Origin: Chiloscyllium plagiosum
Lineage: Eukaryota
Direction: 5' to 3'
Length of the DNA stretch: 64,000 nucleotides
Assembly (NCBI RefSeq): GCF_004010195.1
Contig: NC_057720.1
Span: 17,023,849-17,087,848, forward strand
Notes under the pieces: model-generated
Told to the model about the DNA's origin: nothing
Database searches by the model: none
What the model saw: the letters and a program-made list of their open reading frames with translations, nothing else
Program-made: the position numbers and the translations under genes
Shown here: piece after piece, positions 52,101 to 64,000 of the stretch
How the letters are laid out: every line of letters begins with the position of its first letter
How positions within the stretch are numbered: the first letter of the stretch is position 1

Positions 52101-52909
52101 ACCTTTAGGGAATAGTAACCATAATGTGAGAATTTCCCATTAAGTGTGAAAAAATGCAGTTCAATCTGAAACTAAAGTCATAAATCTAAACAAGGGATTT
52201 ATGAAAATATGCGGAGAATGTTGGCTGTGGTGAATTGGAAAAAACACATGAAACATTTTGACAGCAGATTGGAAATAGTATTTAAAGAATTAATGCTTGA
52301 TTTTCTAAGAACACGCATTCTTTAAATCAAAAATACTCAACAGCCATGGCTAACAAGAAAAGTTAAAAGAAGTATTAAATCTAAGGGGGAGGCATATAAA
52401 GTTGCAAAAAGATGTTATAACCCTGAGAATGGGGGCAGTTTTAAATTTCAACCCAGGAGGATCAAGATATTGATGAAGAAAGAGAAAATTTACTACGAGC
52501 ATAAAATAACAAGAAACACAAAAATGGATTAAAAAAGGTTTTTTTAGGGTATGTAAAAAGGCAACAATTATTAAAGACAAAAGTATGTTTATTACAGGCA
52601 GAGAAAGGAGAATATGTAATGGGAAACACAGAAATGGCAGAGAAGCTTTGGAAGTACTCTGGACTGGACATTCTGAGAAATGTAGATTGGGTTGGGATAT
52701 CTGGTTGGCATGGACGGGTTGGACCAAAGGGTCTGTTTCCGTGCTGTACATCTCTATGACTCTATGACCATCATAGTTCGACTGTCACTTCACTCCTACT
52801 TTCTGCATTCAGACTGAACTCTACACCTATGCCCAGCAATTCTGTTCTCAGAACTTTCTGAGGGTGAGGGGTGACCTTATAGAGGTTTATGAAACAATGA
52901 AGGGCATGG

Positions 52910-55554
52910 CAGGCCGACGAGGGGAGAGGCCATTTTGGATTTGATGCTCGGCAATGAGCCGGGGCAGGTATCAGATCTTGCGGTGGTATCAGTGACCACA
53001 CCTGCCTCACATTCTACATAGCTATGGAGAAGGAGAGAAGCAGGCACAATGGGAGGATATTTAATTGGGGAAAAGGAAACTATGATGCTATCAGACGTGA
53101 GTTGGGAAGCATGGACTGGGAGCAATTGTTCCATGGAAAGGGCACTATAGACATGTGGAGACTATTTAAGGAGCAGTTGTTGCGAGTGATGCATAAATGT
53201 GTTCCTCTGAGACAGGCAAGAAGGGGTAAGGTAAAGGAACCTTGGATGACGAAAGCGGAGGAGCTTCTCGTCAAAAGAAAGAAGACAGCTTATGTAAAGT
53301 GGAGGAAGCAAGGGTCTTGCTCAGCTCTAGAGGATTACAGGCAGGCGAGGAAGAAGCTCAAAAATGATCTGAGAAGAGTCAGGAGGGGGCACGAAAAAGG
53401 CTTGGCAGGAAGGATTAGGGAGAGTCCAAAGGCATTTTACACATTTGTGAGGAATAAGAGAATGATCAAAGAAAGAGTAGGGCCGATCAGGGATAGCATA
53501 GGGAACTTGTGTATAGAGTCTTGGAAGCCCTAAATGAGTTTTTTGCTTCTGTCTTTATTAAGGAAAATGACCTTGTAGTGAATGAAACCATTGAAGAGCA
53601 GGTATGCATTCTGGAACGGATAGAGATTGAGGAAGCTGATGTGCTGAAAATTTTGACAAACATTAAGATTGACAAGTCACCAGGGCCAGAGCAGATTTGT
53701 CCTCGGCTGCTTTGGGAAGTGAGAAATGTGATTGCTTCACCGCTTGCGAAGATCTTTGCGTTCTCGCTCACCACCGGAGTCGAACCTGAGGATTGGAGGG
53801 GGACAAATGTAATTCCTCTCTTCAAGAAAGGAAATAGGGAAATCCCCCGGCAAATATAGACCAGTCAGTCTCATGTCTGTTGTCTGCATGGTGTTGGAAA
53901 GGATTCTGAGGGATAGGATTTATGACCATCTAGAAGAGCATGGCTTGATTAAATGCAGTCAGCATGGCTTTGTGAGGGGCAGGTCATGCCTCACAAATCT
54001 TATTGAATTCTTTGAGGATGTTACTCGACAAGTTGATGAGGGTCGAGCGGTGGATGTGGTGTATATGGACTTCAGCAAGGCATTTGATAAGGTTTCCCAT
54101 GGTAGGCTCGTTCTGAAGGTCAGGAGGAATGGGATACAAGGAACTTTAGCTGTCTGGGTACAGAATTGGCTGGTCGACAGAAGACAGCAAGTGGTAGTGG
54201 AAGGAAAGTATTCTGCCTGGAAGTCAATGGTAAGTGGTATTCTACAGGCTCTGTTCTTGGGCCTCTACTCTTTTTAATTTTTATTAATGACTTGGACGAG
54301 GATATTGAAGGATGGGTTAGCAAGTTTGTAGATGACACAAAGGTTGGAGGTGTCGTTGACAGTATAGAGGACTGTTGTAGGCTGCAGCGTGACATTGACA
54401 GGATGCAGAGATGGGCTGAGAGGTGGCAGATGGAGTTCAACCTGGATAAATGTGAAGTGATGCATTTTGGAAGGTCGAACTTGAAATTGAGTACAGGATT
54501 AAAGACAGGATCTTGGTATGCAGGTACATAGATCCCCTAAAATTGCCACCCAAATGGACAGGGTTGTTAAGAAAGCATATGGTGTTTTGGCTTTCATTAA
54601 CGGGGGGATTGAGTTTAAGGGCTCTGAGGTCTTGTTGCAGCTCTATAAAACTTTGGTTAGACCGCACTTGGAATACTGTGTCCAGTTCTGGTCGCCCTAT
54701 TATAGGAAAGATGTGGATGCTTTGGAGAGGGTTCAGAGGAGGTTTACCAGGNNNNNNNNNNNNNNNNNNNNNNNNNNNNNNNNNNNNNNNNNNNNNNNNN
54801 NNNNNNNNNNNNNNNNNNNNNNNNNNNNNNNNNNNNNNNNNNNNNNNNNNNNNNNNNNNNNNNNNNNNNNNNNNNNNNNNNNNNNNNNNNNNNNNNNNNN
54901 NNNNNNNNNNNNNNNNNNNNNNNNNNNNNNNNNNNNNNNNNNNNNNNNNNNNNNNNNNNNNNNNNNNNNNNNNNNNNNNNNNNNNNNNNNNNNNNNNNNN
55001 NNNNNNNNNNNNNNNNNNNNNNNNNNNNNNNNNNNNNNNNNNNNNNNNNNNNNNNNNNNNNNNNNNNNNNNNNNNNNNNNNNNNNNNNNNNNNNNNNNNN
55101 NNNNNNNNNNNNNNNNNNNNNNNNNNNNNNNNNNNNNNNNNNNNNNNNNNNNNNNNNNNNNNNNNNNNNNNNNNNNNNNNNNNNNNNNNNNNNNNNNNNN
55201 NNNNNNNNNNNNNNNNNNNNNNNNNNNNNNNNNNNNNNNNNNNNNNNNCTTTTTCCCAGGGCAGAAATTGTTAACATGAGGGGTCATAGTTTTAAGCTGT
55301 TTGGCAGAAAGTATAGAGGGGGTGTCAAAGGGGGGTTCTTTACGCAGAGAGTTGTAGGAGCATGGAATGCGTTGCCAGCAGCAGTTGTGGAAGCGAGGTC
55401 ATTGGGGATATTTAAGAGACTGCTGGACATGCATATGATCACAGAAATTTGAGGGTTTGTACATTAGGTTTACTTTACATGAGGATCAATGGTCGGCACT
55501 ACATCCTGGGCTGAAGGGTCTGTTCTGTGCTGTACTGTTCTGTGTCTATGTTCT
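52910..55554 (+). mobile_element. Young 5'-truncated CR1 LINE (ORF2) inserted in an older CR1 tail, spanning the assembly gap
   Basis: [58 protein letters not shown]; atgg at both junctions. Confidence 0.92.
54752..55248. other. Assembly gap (497 N)
   Basis: Run of N. Confidence 1.
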
Positions 55555-56064
55555 ATGGATAGAGCAAATAGACAGTTTTTTTTCCCTGGATTGGTGCTAG
55601 CGAATGGGACTAGATTAATTTAAGACATCTGGTCGGCATGGACAGGTTGGACCGAAGGGCCTGTTTCTGTGCTGTATATCTCTATGACCCTAAATGTGAG
55701 TCCATCTAAAATCCAAATATTAACTTGCTCTCCAAGAATGTCAAGAAAAGTCAAAGTATGCCCACTTTTTCGATGCTGCATTCTGTGATACAAATATCCA
55801 GTAACACATTCAGACACTTTGATAGTCCCTGTGAACAGTAAGTGTGAGGTTAGGATATCATTTGGTTAAGGATTTAGGGGGCCAGGTGGTAGAATGTCAG
55901 GTAAGTGGGGAGTCAAGTATGTGGTTGCCAGGAAAGTAGGGTGCCAGTTCACTGGGTAAGAGAAGGGAGTGCTTAAGGTAATTGAGGCTTGGGGGGTTAT
56001 GAGGGGTAAAGGACATGCTTGTTGGGTCCATCAGGGAGATGGGAGTATCAAGTAGGATTGGAAA

Positions 56065-57670
56065 ATAGGAAACAGAGTAGGCCATTTAACCTTTTGAGTT
56101 GATCCATCATATAATACAATCATGGCTGCTCAAACAATTCAAAGCCTTTTGCCGACGCTATTACCAAAAAATATCAATCTGTACCTTAAACACACCCATT
56201 GACTGCGCATCCACACCCCTCTATCATCCAGAATTCCAAAGACTCACAACTCTCTGAGTAACAATTTTCTCCTCATCTAAGTATCTTTCCCCTTACTTTT
56301 AAATTGGGTCCCTGATTCTAAGGGAAACATTTTACCTGCATCTACCCTGTCTATCTTTTAAATTATTTTGTAAATTTCAATGAGATTGCCGTTATTCTTT
56401 GCAACTCAAGGCAGCAAAGGCCCAGTTTGCTGAGTCTCTCTTTTTAGGACAATCCCAGCATTCTGGTGAGCATTTATGGCAATAATATCTCTCCTGAGAT
56501 AAGGACACAAAAACTGCACACAATACCCCCGATGCAGTCTAACTACACTCCTATACAATTGAACCAAGACATCACTTTCCTGGGACTAAACTCCTCTTGC
56601 AATAAAGGCTAACCTTCCATTTGCCTTCCCAATGCTGTACCTCTGTGTTGGTCTTCAGTGTCTTGTCAACAAGGATAGCCACTTTCAAACATCTCACTGT
56701 TTATCAAACACACTATGCACGAGTTCTTCAATCCAAAGTAGAGAACCTCACTTTGCCCACATTATGTCCAACTGCCATTTTCTTGCCAATTTACTAAGCC
56801 GGTCCAAATCCTTCCGAAACCACTTTACATCTGCCTCACAACACACAATGTTGCTTTGCTTCATATCATCTGCAAACTTGGAAATATTATGTTTGGCCCC
56901 CACATCCAATTCATGAATTTTTAATGTTGACGGTTGGGGCCGAAGTTTGCCAAAACAAGAATGAACCATTTATTCCAATACTATTTATCATAGCTTCCTC
57001 AGTGAAAATAGACACAATATCATTATTTAGCTTCTCCACCAATTCTCTATCCCACATTATAAATTCTTCTGGAAAAAAACAGAAATTGCTGGCAAAACTC
57101 AGCAAGTCCGACAGCATTTGTGGGGAGAATGTAGAGCTAAATTTTTGAGTCCGGTAACTCTTCATCAAAATTCTCCTGACACTACCTGTAATGGACCCAC
57201 ATTCATTACAGCCAAATGTTTCCTTGTTACATTCCAGCAGAAGCTTTTTCTGTCCATTTTTATGACTTTTGCCAGATTGCAAATCTAATCTGTTCATCCT
57301 TTCCATAACAGTTTCTTAACTGTCCATTGGTATCATCTAAAACTTCCCAGTTCTCATGTTTATTACTATTTATGGCCATTTTATAAACCTTACAGCTTTA
57401 TATAATCATAAACTTCCTTTTCCAGCCACAGTTAACTGATCTTTTCTGTGCTTTTGCATTTCGAAGGAATATATTGTTGCTGTAAGCAACTTCTTTAAAA
57501 TCTCGCCATTGTCTGTGCACAGTCACACCTTTTAAATTCTCCCCAATCCAGCTCTGCCAATTTGTCTTTCATGCTTTCATAACTTTCCGTTTTCAAATTT
57601 GACATCCTTGTTTTAGATTAAACTATCTCACTTTGAAATATAATTCGGAAATCTATTACGTTGTAGTCAC
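56065..57670 (-). mobile_element. Degenerate CR1 LINE, with a PLE-end-like insert at ~57075-57172
   Basis: ORF track NISKFADDMKQ...DLDRLSKLARKWQ. Confidence 0.75.
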
Positions 57671-57689
57671 GCATATCTTTACAAGATTA

Positions 57690-57935
57690 GGCCAGATCAG
57701 GTAAGGTTAGCAGATTTCCTTCCCTGAAGGATTCAGTGAACCAGATGGATTTTTTCAACAACCAACAATAGCATCATGGTCCCAATTACTGAAACTAGCT
57801 TTACATTCCAGATCTATTGGTTGCATTTAAACTCCAGTTAATTCAACTGCTCTGTTGGGATTTGAACGAGTTTCCTCAGAGCATTAGTTTGGAGTGTGGA
57901 ATTATAGCTTCAGTGACATTACCACTAGACCCACT
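57690..57935 (-). mobile_element. tRNA-headed SINE (Zenon derivative), old
   Basis: ggccagatcaggtaagg..cagatttccttccctgaagga..cagtgaaccagatgg. Confidence 0.65.
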
Positions 57936-59043
57936 TGGCCATGAAGATCTTCCTCAATCTCAATGACAATGTCCATTATTTTCTGTTTAACTTGTACCTA
58001 GTTACTACCATGCGATAAAGTGCATCTTGTTTAGGACAATCTCTCCATTCTTGGCTTCCAAGTGAGTTCCCTGCACCACACTAAATCAAGCAGTCAGTGT
58101 AGGTCCTGAGCAGGAAAGATCAGCATGTCTACCAGTGAGCTCAGGTAGTGGTGAGGATTCATCTCACAAAAGACTGCATACATTTCTCTCACTTACCCAA
58201 AGCACCACATACAATGAGTTTCTTTGAAACTTAGGAAATACTGCTAAATAGGCAAATGCACAGGATTCCGGAAACAGCAATGAGATGAATTATCAAATTA
58301 TCTATTTTGGAAGATTTAACTGAGGGAAGAATGTTGTCCAACACTGAAATCATTCCTGGCACTTTATCAAGAATCATAGGAGTTAGTACACCCACCTAAA
58401 ATGCCACATTGTTGCTCAGTTTACAGTCTCACCCAAAGGACAGCAGGTTTAGCACTCCCTGAGTGTAAGAGCAGAAACTGGCCAGTCAGCCGTCACAGTT
58501 CAAACTGAGGAAATGAGACCCGTAAATTCCTTCCCTCAACTAATGTCCAGAAGTGAGTCTGCCATTCAATGAGATAATAGATGGTTAAACAATGCTCAAC
58601 TCCATTTTCCTGCATTATCCACATGATTTTGAGTCCATTAATAAAACTGAGCTAAAGTGTTGACCTAGATAATGTGTTCAAATCCTTTGAGCCTTTTCAC
58701 TTGGAAGTGAAAGCACTCCCAAATGTGCTAAGCAGACAAGAATCCTCTTTGTGATTTCTATCTGCCGTTCTTTTCCCCTGTATGTTGTTCAGCAACTGAA
58801 AGGAGGTCACAGACATCTTCACTTTTCCTGTGCTGATGATAGGCCAACAGCTTAACCATCAACTGTCTATCATTTTTATAGATGCTGACTAAGTTGCTAT
58901 GCATTTCTTGTTTTATTTCAGATTACCAGTATTTGCAGTATTCGTTTTATGTGTAATATATAATCCCGTAGCCACAGATGAAATCTCTGGAGTGGAAACT
59001 TGTTTCAAAAACAGCAGTGAAATAGCCATCTAATCACATTACA

Positions 59044-59220
59044 GGAGCAGGAAAATCGACGTTTCAGGCAAAAGCCCAACATCAGGAATGAAGAATGAAG
59101 GGCTTTTGCCTGAAACGTCAATTTTCCTGCTCCTCGGATGCTGCCTGACCTGCTGTGCTTTTCCAGTACCACTCTAATCTTGACTCTGATTTCCAGCCTC
59201 TGCAATCCTTACTTTTGCCT
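59044..59220. mobile_element. Palindromic PLE-end mini-element
   Basis: ggagcaggaaaatcgacgtttcaggcaaaagccc inverted with gggcttttgcctgaaacgtcaattttcctgctcc; flanks ctaatcacattacagg / ctaattacaatacagg. Confidence 0.8.
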
Positions 59221-59665
59221 AATTACAATACAGGCAGTCTGATTGCATTATTACTTACGAGTTCTGTTTCGATCTGAAACAAGTTGGTATTAGTAACTGA
59301 CAATCCAGTATCTTCATACAGTGAAGCAGAAATTAGCTTGACATAATTCTCACTGTCAGGGTACAGGAGGCAGCCCTAGAAATGACCTTGGTCTTTTTCC
59401 CTTGATTATGCAGATGGGGACTAAAGAAAGGTAGCATTGCTATTTCTTTAAAAACTATAAAATGTAACCATAATGAAAAGGTTTGAAAAGGGCAATGATT
59501 TTTATTTTCTTCAGGAATAAAATATACACAGCACTAATTCAAAACCTAAATTATATTAGAGTAAGTAAAGCACCTATAGAGGTTCCTGGATCAAGTGAAT
59601 TGATTGCTCAATGACAATACCAGAAACTTAACTCCACCGTAATTAATTTGTGTTTCCTTTTACAT

Positions 59666-59982
59666 AGGGTGGCACAGTGGCTCAGTAGTGAGCACTGTTG
59701 CCTCACAGCACCAGGGACCTGGGTTCAGTCCCAGCCTTGGGACTTTGCACATTGTTCCTATGTCTGCGTGGGATTCTTCCGGGTGCTCTGGTTTCCACCC
59801 ACAGTCCAGAGATGTGCAGGTCAGGTGAATTGGCCACACAAAATTACCCATAGTGTTAGCTGCATTAGTCAGGGGTAACTATAGGGTAGGGGAATGGGTC
59901 TGGGTGGGTTACTCTTCGGAGGGTCGATGTGGACTTGTTGGGCCAAAGGGCCTGTTTCCATACTGTCGGGAATTTAATCTAA
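59666..59982 (+). mobile_element. HE1-type SINE
   Basis: ggtggcacagtggc...gatgtgcaggtcaggtgaattggcc...gggcctgtttcc. Confidence 0.85.
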
Positions 59983-60655
59983 TGTACAGTCTGTGCATTA
60001 CCTACAAGCAATAAACACCATTAGCTCCATATAATGTTGTAATAAAGGCTAATTTTACTTTCAGACATGTGAGAATGAAGCAAACACTGACATGCCAATA
60101 TTACAGGTATTTCAATATTGCCATGATTATTTCCGATGACCAAATGATTGACGATTCTTTAATTTTCATGGTGTTAGTACTGTGCCTTCAGATTTCTGAA
60201 GCCTTTCCCTGTTTAGAAAATAGTCAATGCCTCTATTCTTTCCATCAAAGTGCATGCCCTCAGACTTTCCCACATTGTCTTCCACCTGTCACTTCTTTGC
60301 CTGACTTCTTTTCTCTCCAAGCCTGTTTAAACTAGTGAAGGTTTGAACGGTTCGATACAATTGTTACTAAAAATTAAAATAATGTTCACAATTAAACTGG
60401 AGCCAGAATTTCCAACCAGATGGTTGGGTTTGAGGTGGTTTGCCGGGGTGGGCGGGGGGGGGGGGGGGGGGGGAAGGGGTAAGGGTAATGCTCATTTGTG
60501 ACTGATGTGCAACTCCTTTAAATGTTTTGTGTAATTGCTCTGCCCATGCAGTTTACCCATTGTAAGAGACAATGTCAGAACAAAGGATACCATCAGTCAC
60601 ACAATAACTGCGGGTCAGGGCAATTAAAGTACAGAATATAAAGGGTCTAAAAGCA

Positions 60656-60847
60656 GAAAATTTGATAGCTCTTTCAAACCTCAAGTTCAGTTTGTGCTGA
60701 ATTATAAAGTGATTGTAATTGACGTATATGATTACAAGTTGAAATTATTCCAATATTTTGATATGAAACTACAGTTGCTGATACACATTTTTAAACCTGC
60801 TGCGAACCACAGAAATATAATCTGGTTTTAATAATTTGTGGACTGGC
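60656..60847. repeat. Left copy of ~190-bp inverted duplication (partner 62434-62623)
   Basis: Shared 22-bp perfect core tcagtttgtgctgaattataaa, with colinear flanks. Confidence 0.8.
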
Positions 60848-61269
60848 TGTTGCCTGCAAGATTCAGTATATGTTGAGACTAATTTCACATTGCTCTGTCC
60901 AAGTGGACAAATATTATAACATTAAATGCAGCCAAAGTAGAATTTAACCCTGATTTCAATGTGGTGAGGAACGGAGGGTAAGGATGTTAAAATGGTCACT
61001 TGGCAATTGAGGTTTTCATTGAATGTTTCAACACCATATTAAGCATAAAACATCTCTACCCCAAATGAAGTAGGGCTTGAAACTATTAAAAACATCAAAA
61101 AAAGAAACAGTTACACCTAAAAAATGAATTAAATTGCTGCAACACACATGAAAAAGCAAATGTTTACGCTGAGGAAAAATGAGAGATGTGGGAAAGAGGG
61201 GCTGAATGAGTTACCTTGGGAATGTAAACAAAAGGCAGGGACTGAGGAGAACACAAAGAGTGAATAAGA

Positions 61270-61512
61270 AGGAGTGATTGAGTGTCTGAGTGAGTGATTG
61301 AGTGTCTGAGTGAGTGAGTGAGCGTCTGAGTGAGTGAGCATCTGAGTGAGTGAGCGTCTGAGTGAGTGAGCATCTGAGTGAGTGAGTATCTGAGTGAGAG
61401 TGAGTATCTGAATGAGTGAGTGAGTGTCTGAATGAGCGAGTGAATGAGTGTCTGAATGAGAGTGTCTGAGTGAGTATCTGAATGAGTGAGTGAACGAGTG
61501 AGTGAGTGAGTG
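61270..61512. repeat. (TGAG)n-derived minisatellite with ~18-nt higher-order unit (TCTGAGTGAGTGAGNN..)
   Basis: Direct inspection. Confidence 0.9.
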
Positions 61513-62068
61513 TAAACGAACAGGAAAAAGGGAGAGGAAGAAATGGGAGCTAGAAGAATTTGAGAAACCTAGGAACCAACTGAAATAATGGGAGAGAGAG
61601 GATGTGTAACAGAGAGGGATGGAATACATGAGATATAAAACTAGATTGAAGTGTGCAATCAAGATTTCAAACAAATGGCTGGCAGCAACGCATGCCAAAA
61701 AAGATTGGTTTCCTGATATGGCTACTTGGAAACAAAGTGAGAACATCAGCATGAACTTACTTTATCTAAAACTTGTGCTAATTTGTCAGTATGCATTTTC
61801 TTTGGCAATATTGATCAATGGGAAAATAAAATCTGTCTATGTAGTATGTCTCTCATTCATTGTTGCCAAGAGTGGATTTGCAATACTTGATCACATTCCA
61901 CAGCTCTGCCAGGCAGATATGATTTCCTCTGGTGGGACAGTTCAGACTAAAAGGGGGAGTCAACCTTAAATTTAGAGTTGAACAATTTAGGAGTGAAATC
62001 AAAATGAAAATTTTCCAGCAAAAAATGGTAGAAACCCAGAACTCCATCACTGAAATATGGACTTCAGA

Positions 62069-62363
62069 TGATAGCATAGTGACTCGATGGATAGCACTGC
62101 TGTCCCACAGCACCAAGGACCTAGCTTCAATTCCATCCTTGGGCAACTGTCTGTGTGGACATTCTCCCCGTGTCTGTGTGGGTTTCCTCTGGTGCTCTGG
62201 TTTCCTTCCACAATCCAAAAACATGCAGGCTAGATGTTTGGGAAACATCCATGGGAAATACAGGGATAAGATAGGGGGGTGGGACTGAATGGGATGCTCT
62301 TCGGAGGATCAGTGTAAACTCAATGGGCTGAATGGCCTGCTTCCACATAGTAGTGATTCTATG
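62069..62363 (+). mobile_element. Older HE1-type SINE
   Basis: tagcactgctgtcccacagcacc...gtctgtgtgggtttcctctggtgctctgg. Confidence 0.8.
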
Positions 62364-62379
62364 AAGTACTTAGCATGAA

Positions 62380-63850
62380 TGAGGGATAGGAGTAGGCCAT
62401 TCAGTACATTGAGCCTGCTTGCCCGTTCATTAAGCAGGTTGATAAATGATTAAAAGCAGATTACATTTCAATGTTTCGGAGCAGGCTTAAAAATGTGCAT
62501 AAAATTCAGTAATTTAATATCAACAGATTGGAACAATTTCACCCTTTAATCTCATTCATCAATTACAAGCATTTTATAATTCAGCACAAACTGACCTCCG
62601 AGTGTGAATGAGCTATTATTTTCCATTGATCCAAGTGTAACCTCAAATCCACATTCCCACTTACCCCGATAACATTTCAACTCTTTGCTTCACAAGAATC
62701 TTTCACCTTCTGTCTTAAAGACTCTGCTTCCACCATCTTCTCAGGAGAAGCACCAATGACTCACGACCCTCTGAGCGAAAACATTTTGCCTAAACTCTGT
62801 TTTCAATGGGACACCACTGATTTTTCAACAGTACTCTTATTTCTAAATTCTCCACATCTCCACCCTGTCAAGACCCCTCAGGATTTTCTATGTTTTAATC
62901 AAGTTGCCTTTTACTGTCCTAAACTCCAGCAGAAACAAGCCTAATCAACCTTTCCATATAAGTCAAGAGTGTGGTGCTGGAAAAGCACAGCAGGTCAGGC
63001 AGCATCTGAGGAGCAGGAGAATCGAACAGGGCTGATGAAGAGCTTATGCCTGAAATGTCGATTCTCCTGCTCCTCGGATGCTGTTTGACCTACTGTGTTT
63101 TTCCAGCACTACACTCTTGACTCTGATCTCCGGCATCTGCAGTTCTCACTTTCTCATAACCTTTCCATATAGGACAGGTATTAGTCTGGTATATGTTCTA
63201 TGAATTACCTCCAGCACATTTACAGCCTTCCTGAAATAAGCAGACCAATGCTATGCATAGTTTCAGCTGCAGTCCCACCAGTGTCCTGTACAGCTGAAGC
63301 ACAACCTTCCTACTCTTATATTCAATTCTGCTTGTTATAAATGATAACTTACTCCTAACTTTCCTAATTACTTGCTATGCCAGCATACTCATCTTTTGTG
63401 ACTCATGTACAAGGATACCCAGATGCCTCTGCATCTCTGCTCAGCAACTTTACCTCTTTCTTTCTTGCTGCCAAAATAGACTATTTCATATTTTCCCAGA
63501 TTGTACTCCATTTGCCACATTTTTGTTCAACACTTAATCTATCTATGCAATTCTATAACTTCCTTATATATTTTCTTAATTTCCTACCTATTTTGTGGCA
63601 TCAGCAAATTTTGTAACCATCTCCTTCCATCCCTTCCGCTAAGTCATTTTTCAAATTATAAATAACGGATTCCTATGGCACATCATTGGTTACATCGTGC
63701 CAATCTAAAAAAAGACCCATTTTTGTCTATGTTTTGTTTTCTGTTAGCTAGCCAAACTTCTATCATTAACAATATACTTGAATCTTCTGTAGGGAAGACT
63801 GATATAAATCATCTGTTCAATTAATCTTCCATTTGCTTTTTTTTCAATTA
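62380..63850 (-). mobile_element. Degenerate CR1 LINE hosting later insertions
   Basis: ggagtaggccattcag tail; RT remnants gtggcatcagcaaatttt (minus strand KFADAT). Confidence 0.65.
62961..63157. mobile_element. Palindromic PLE-end mini-element
   Basis: ~65-bp arms around a CTGATGA..GAAATGTC loop; perfect 14-bp TSD aacctttccatata at 62947-62960 and 63158-63171. Confidence 0.88.
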
Positions 63851-64000
63851 TTAATTCTTCAGTCTGACTTTAGAACAACTCATTTAGACTCAAAACGTTA
63901 GTGCTCTCTCTCTCTCTTTCTCTCTCCATGGATGCTCTTTGACCCACTGTGATGTCCAGTATTTGTTGTTTCCAGTACTCATTTTTTGACTTCTTCTTTA

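Noticed and set aside
54513..55287. Long ORFs of 177-253 aa
   Set aside because: Artefacts of the N gap
60445..60480. Poly-G run, potential G-quadruplex
   Set aside because: Simple homopolymer of unreliable length with no supporting context
61270..61512. CRISPR-like periodicity
   Set aside because: No unique spacers and eukaryotic context; simple minisatellite
61129..61752. 207-aa ORF with HSLT/HSDA repeats
   Set aside because: Translation of the TGAG minisatellite

Overview
Eukaryotic, repeat-dominated and essentially non-genic DNA from a cartilaginous fish (shark). The attribution rests on many HE1-type tRNA-derived V-SINEs with (AATCT)n tails plus HER1/CR1 LINEs; the species cannot be determined. 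Much of the window is nested retroelement debris. This includes one near-full-length degenerate CR1 LINE (ORF1 zinc-finger/esterase plus ORF2 APE-RT, 32.4-36.9 kb), a second young CR1 spanning a 497-N gap, and a single-ORF CR1/Zenon-like LINE with a tRNA-like head together with SINEs that are its internal-deletion derivatives. Several Penelope-like element (PLE) families, Gypsy integrase/LTR fossils and Harbinger transposase fossils are also present. The most notable signals are: (1) about a dozen minimal type-I hammerhead ribozyme motifs in PLE termini, from several sequence families; (2) small palindromic PLE-end elements with target-site duplications (TSDs); (3) a tRNA-Gly(TCC)+HE1 composite SINE seen twice; (4) two pairs of inverted duplications of otherwise unrecognised sequence; and (5) one weak two-exon coding candidate at 4.4-4.9 kb. 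No intact recognisable host gene, CRISPR array or rRNA was seen. Boundaries are by eye and approximate unless a TSD is quoted.
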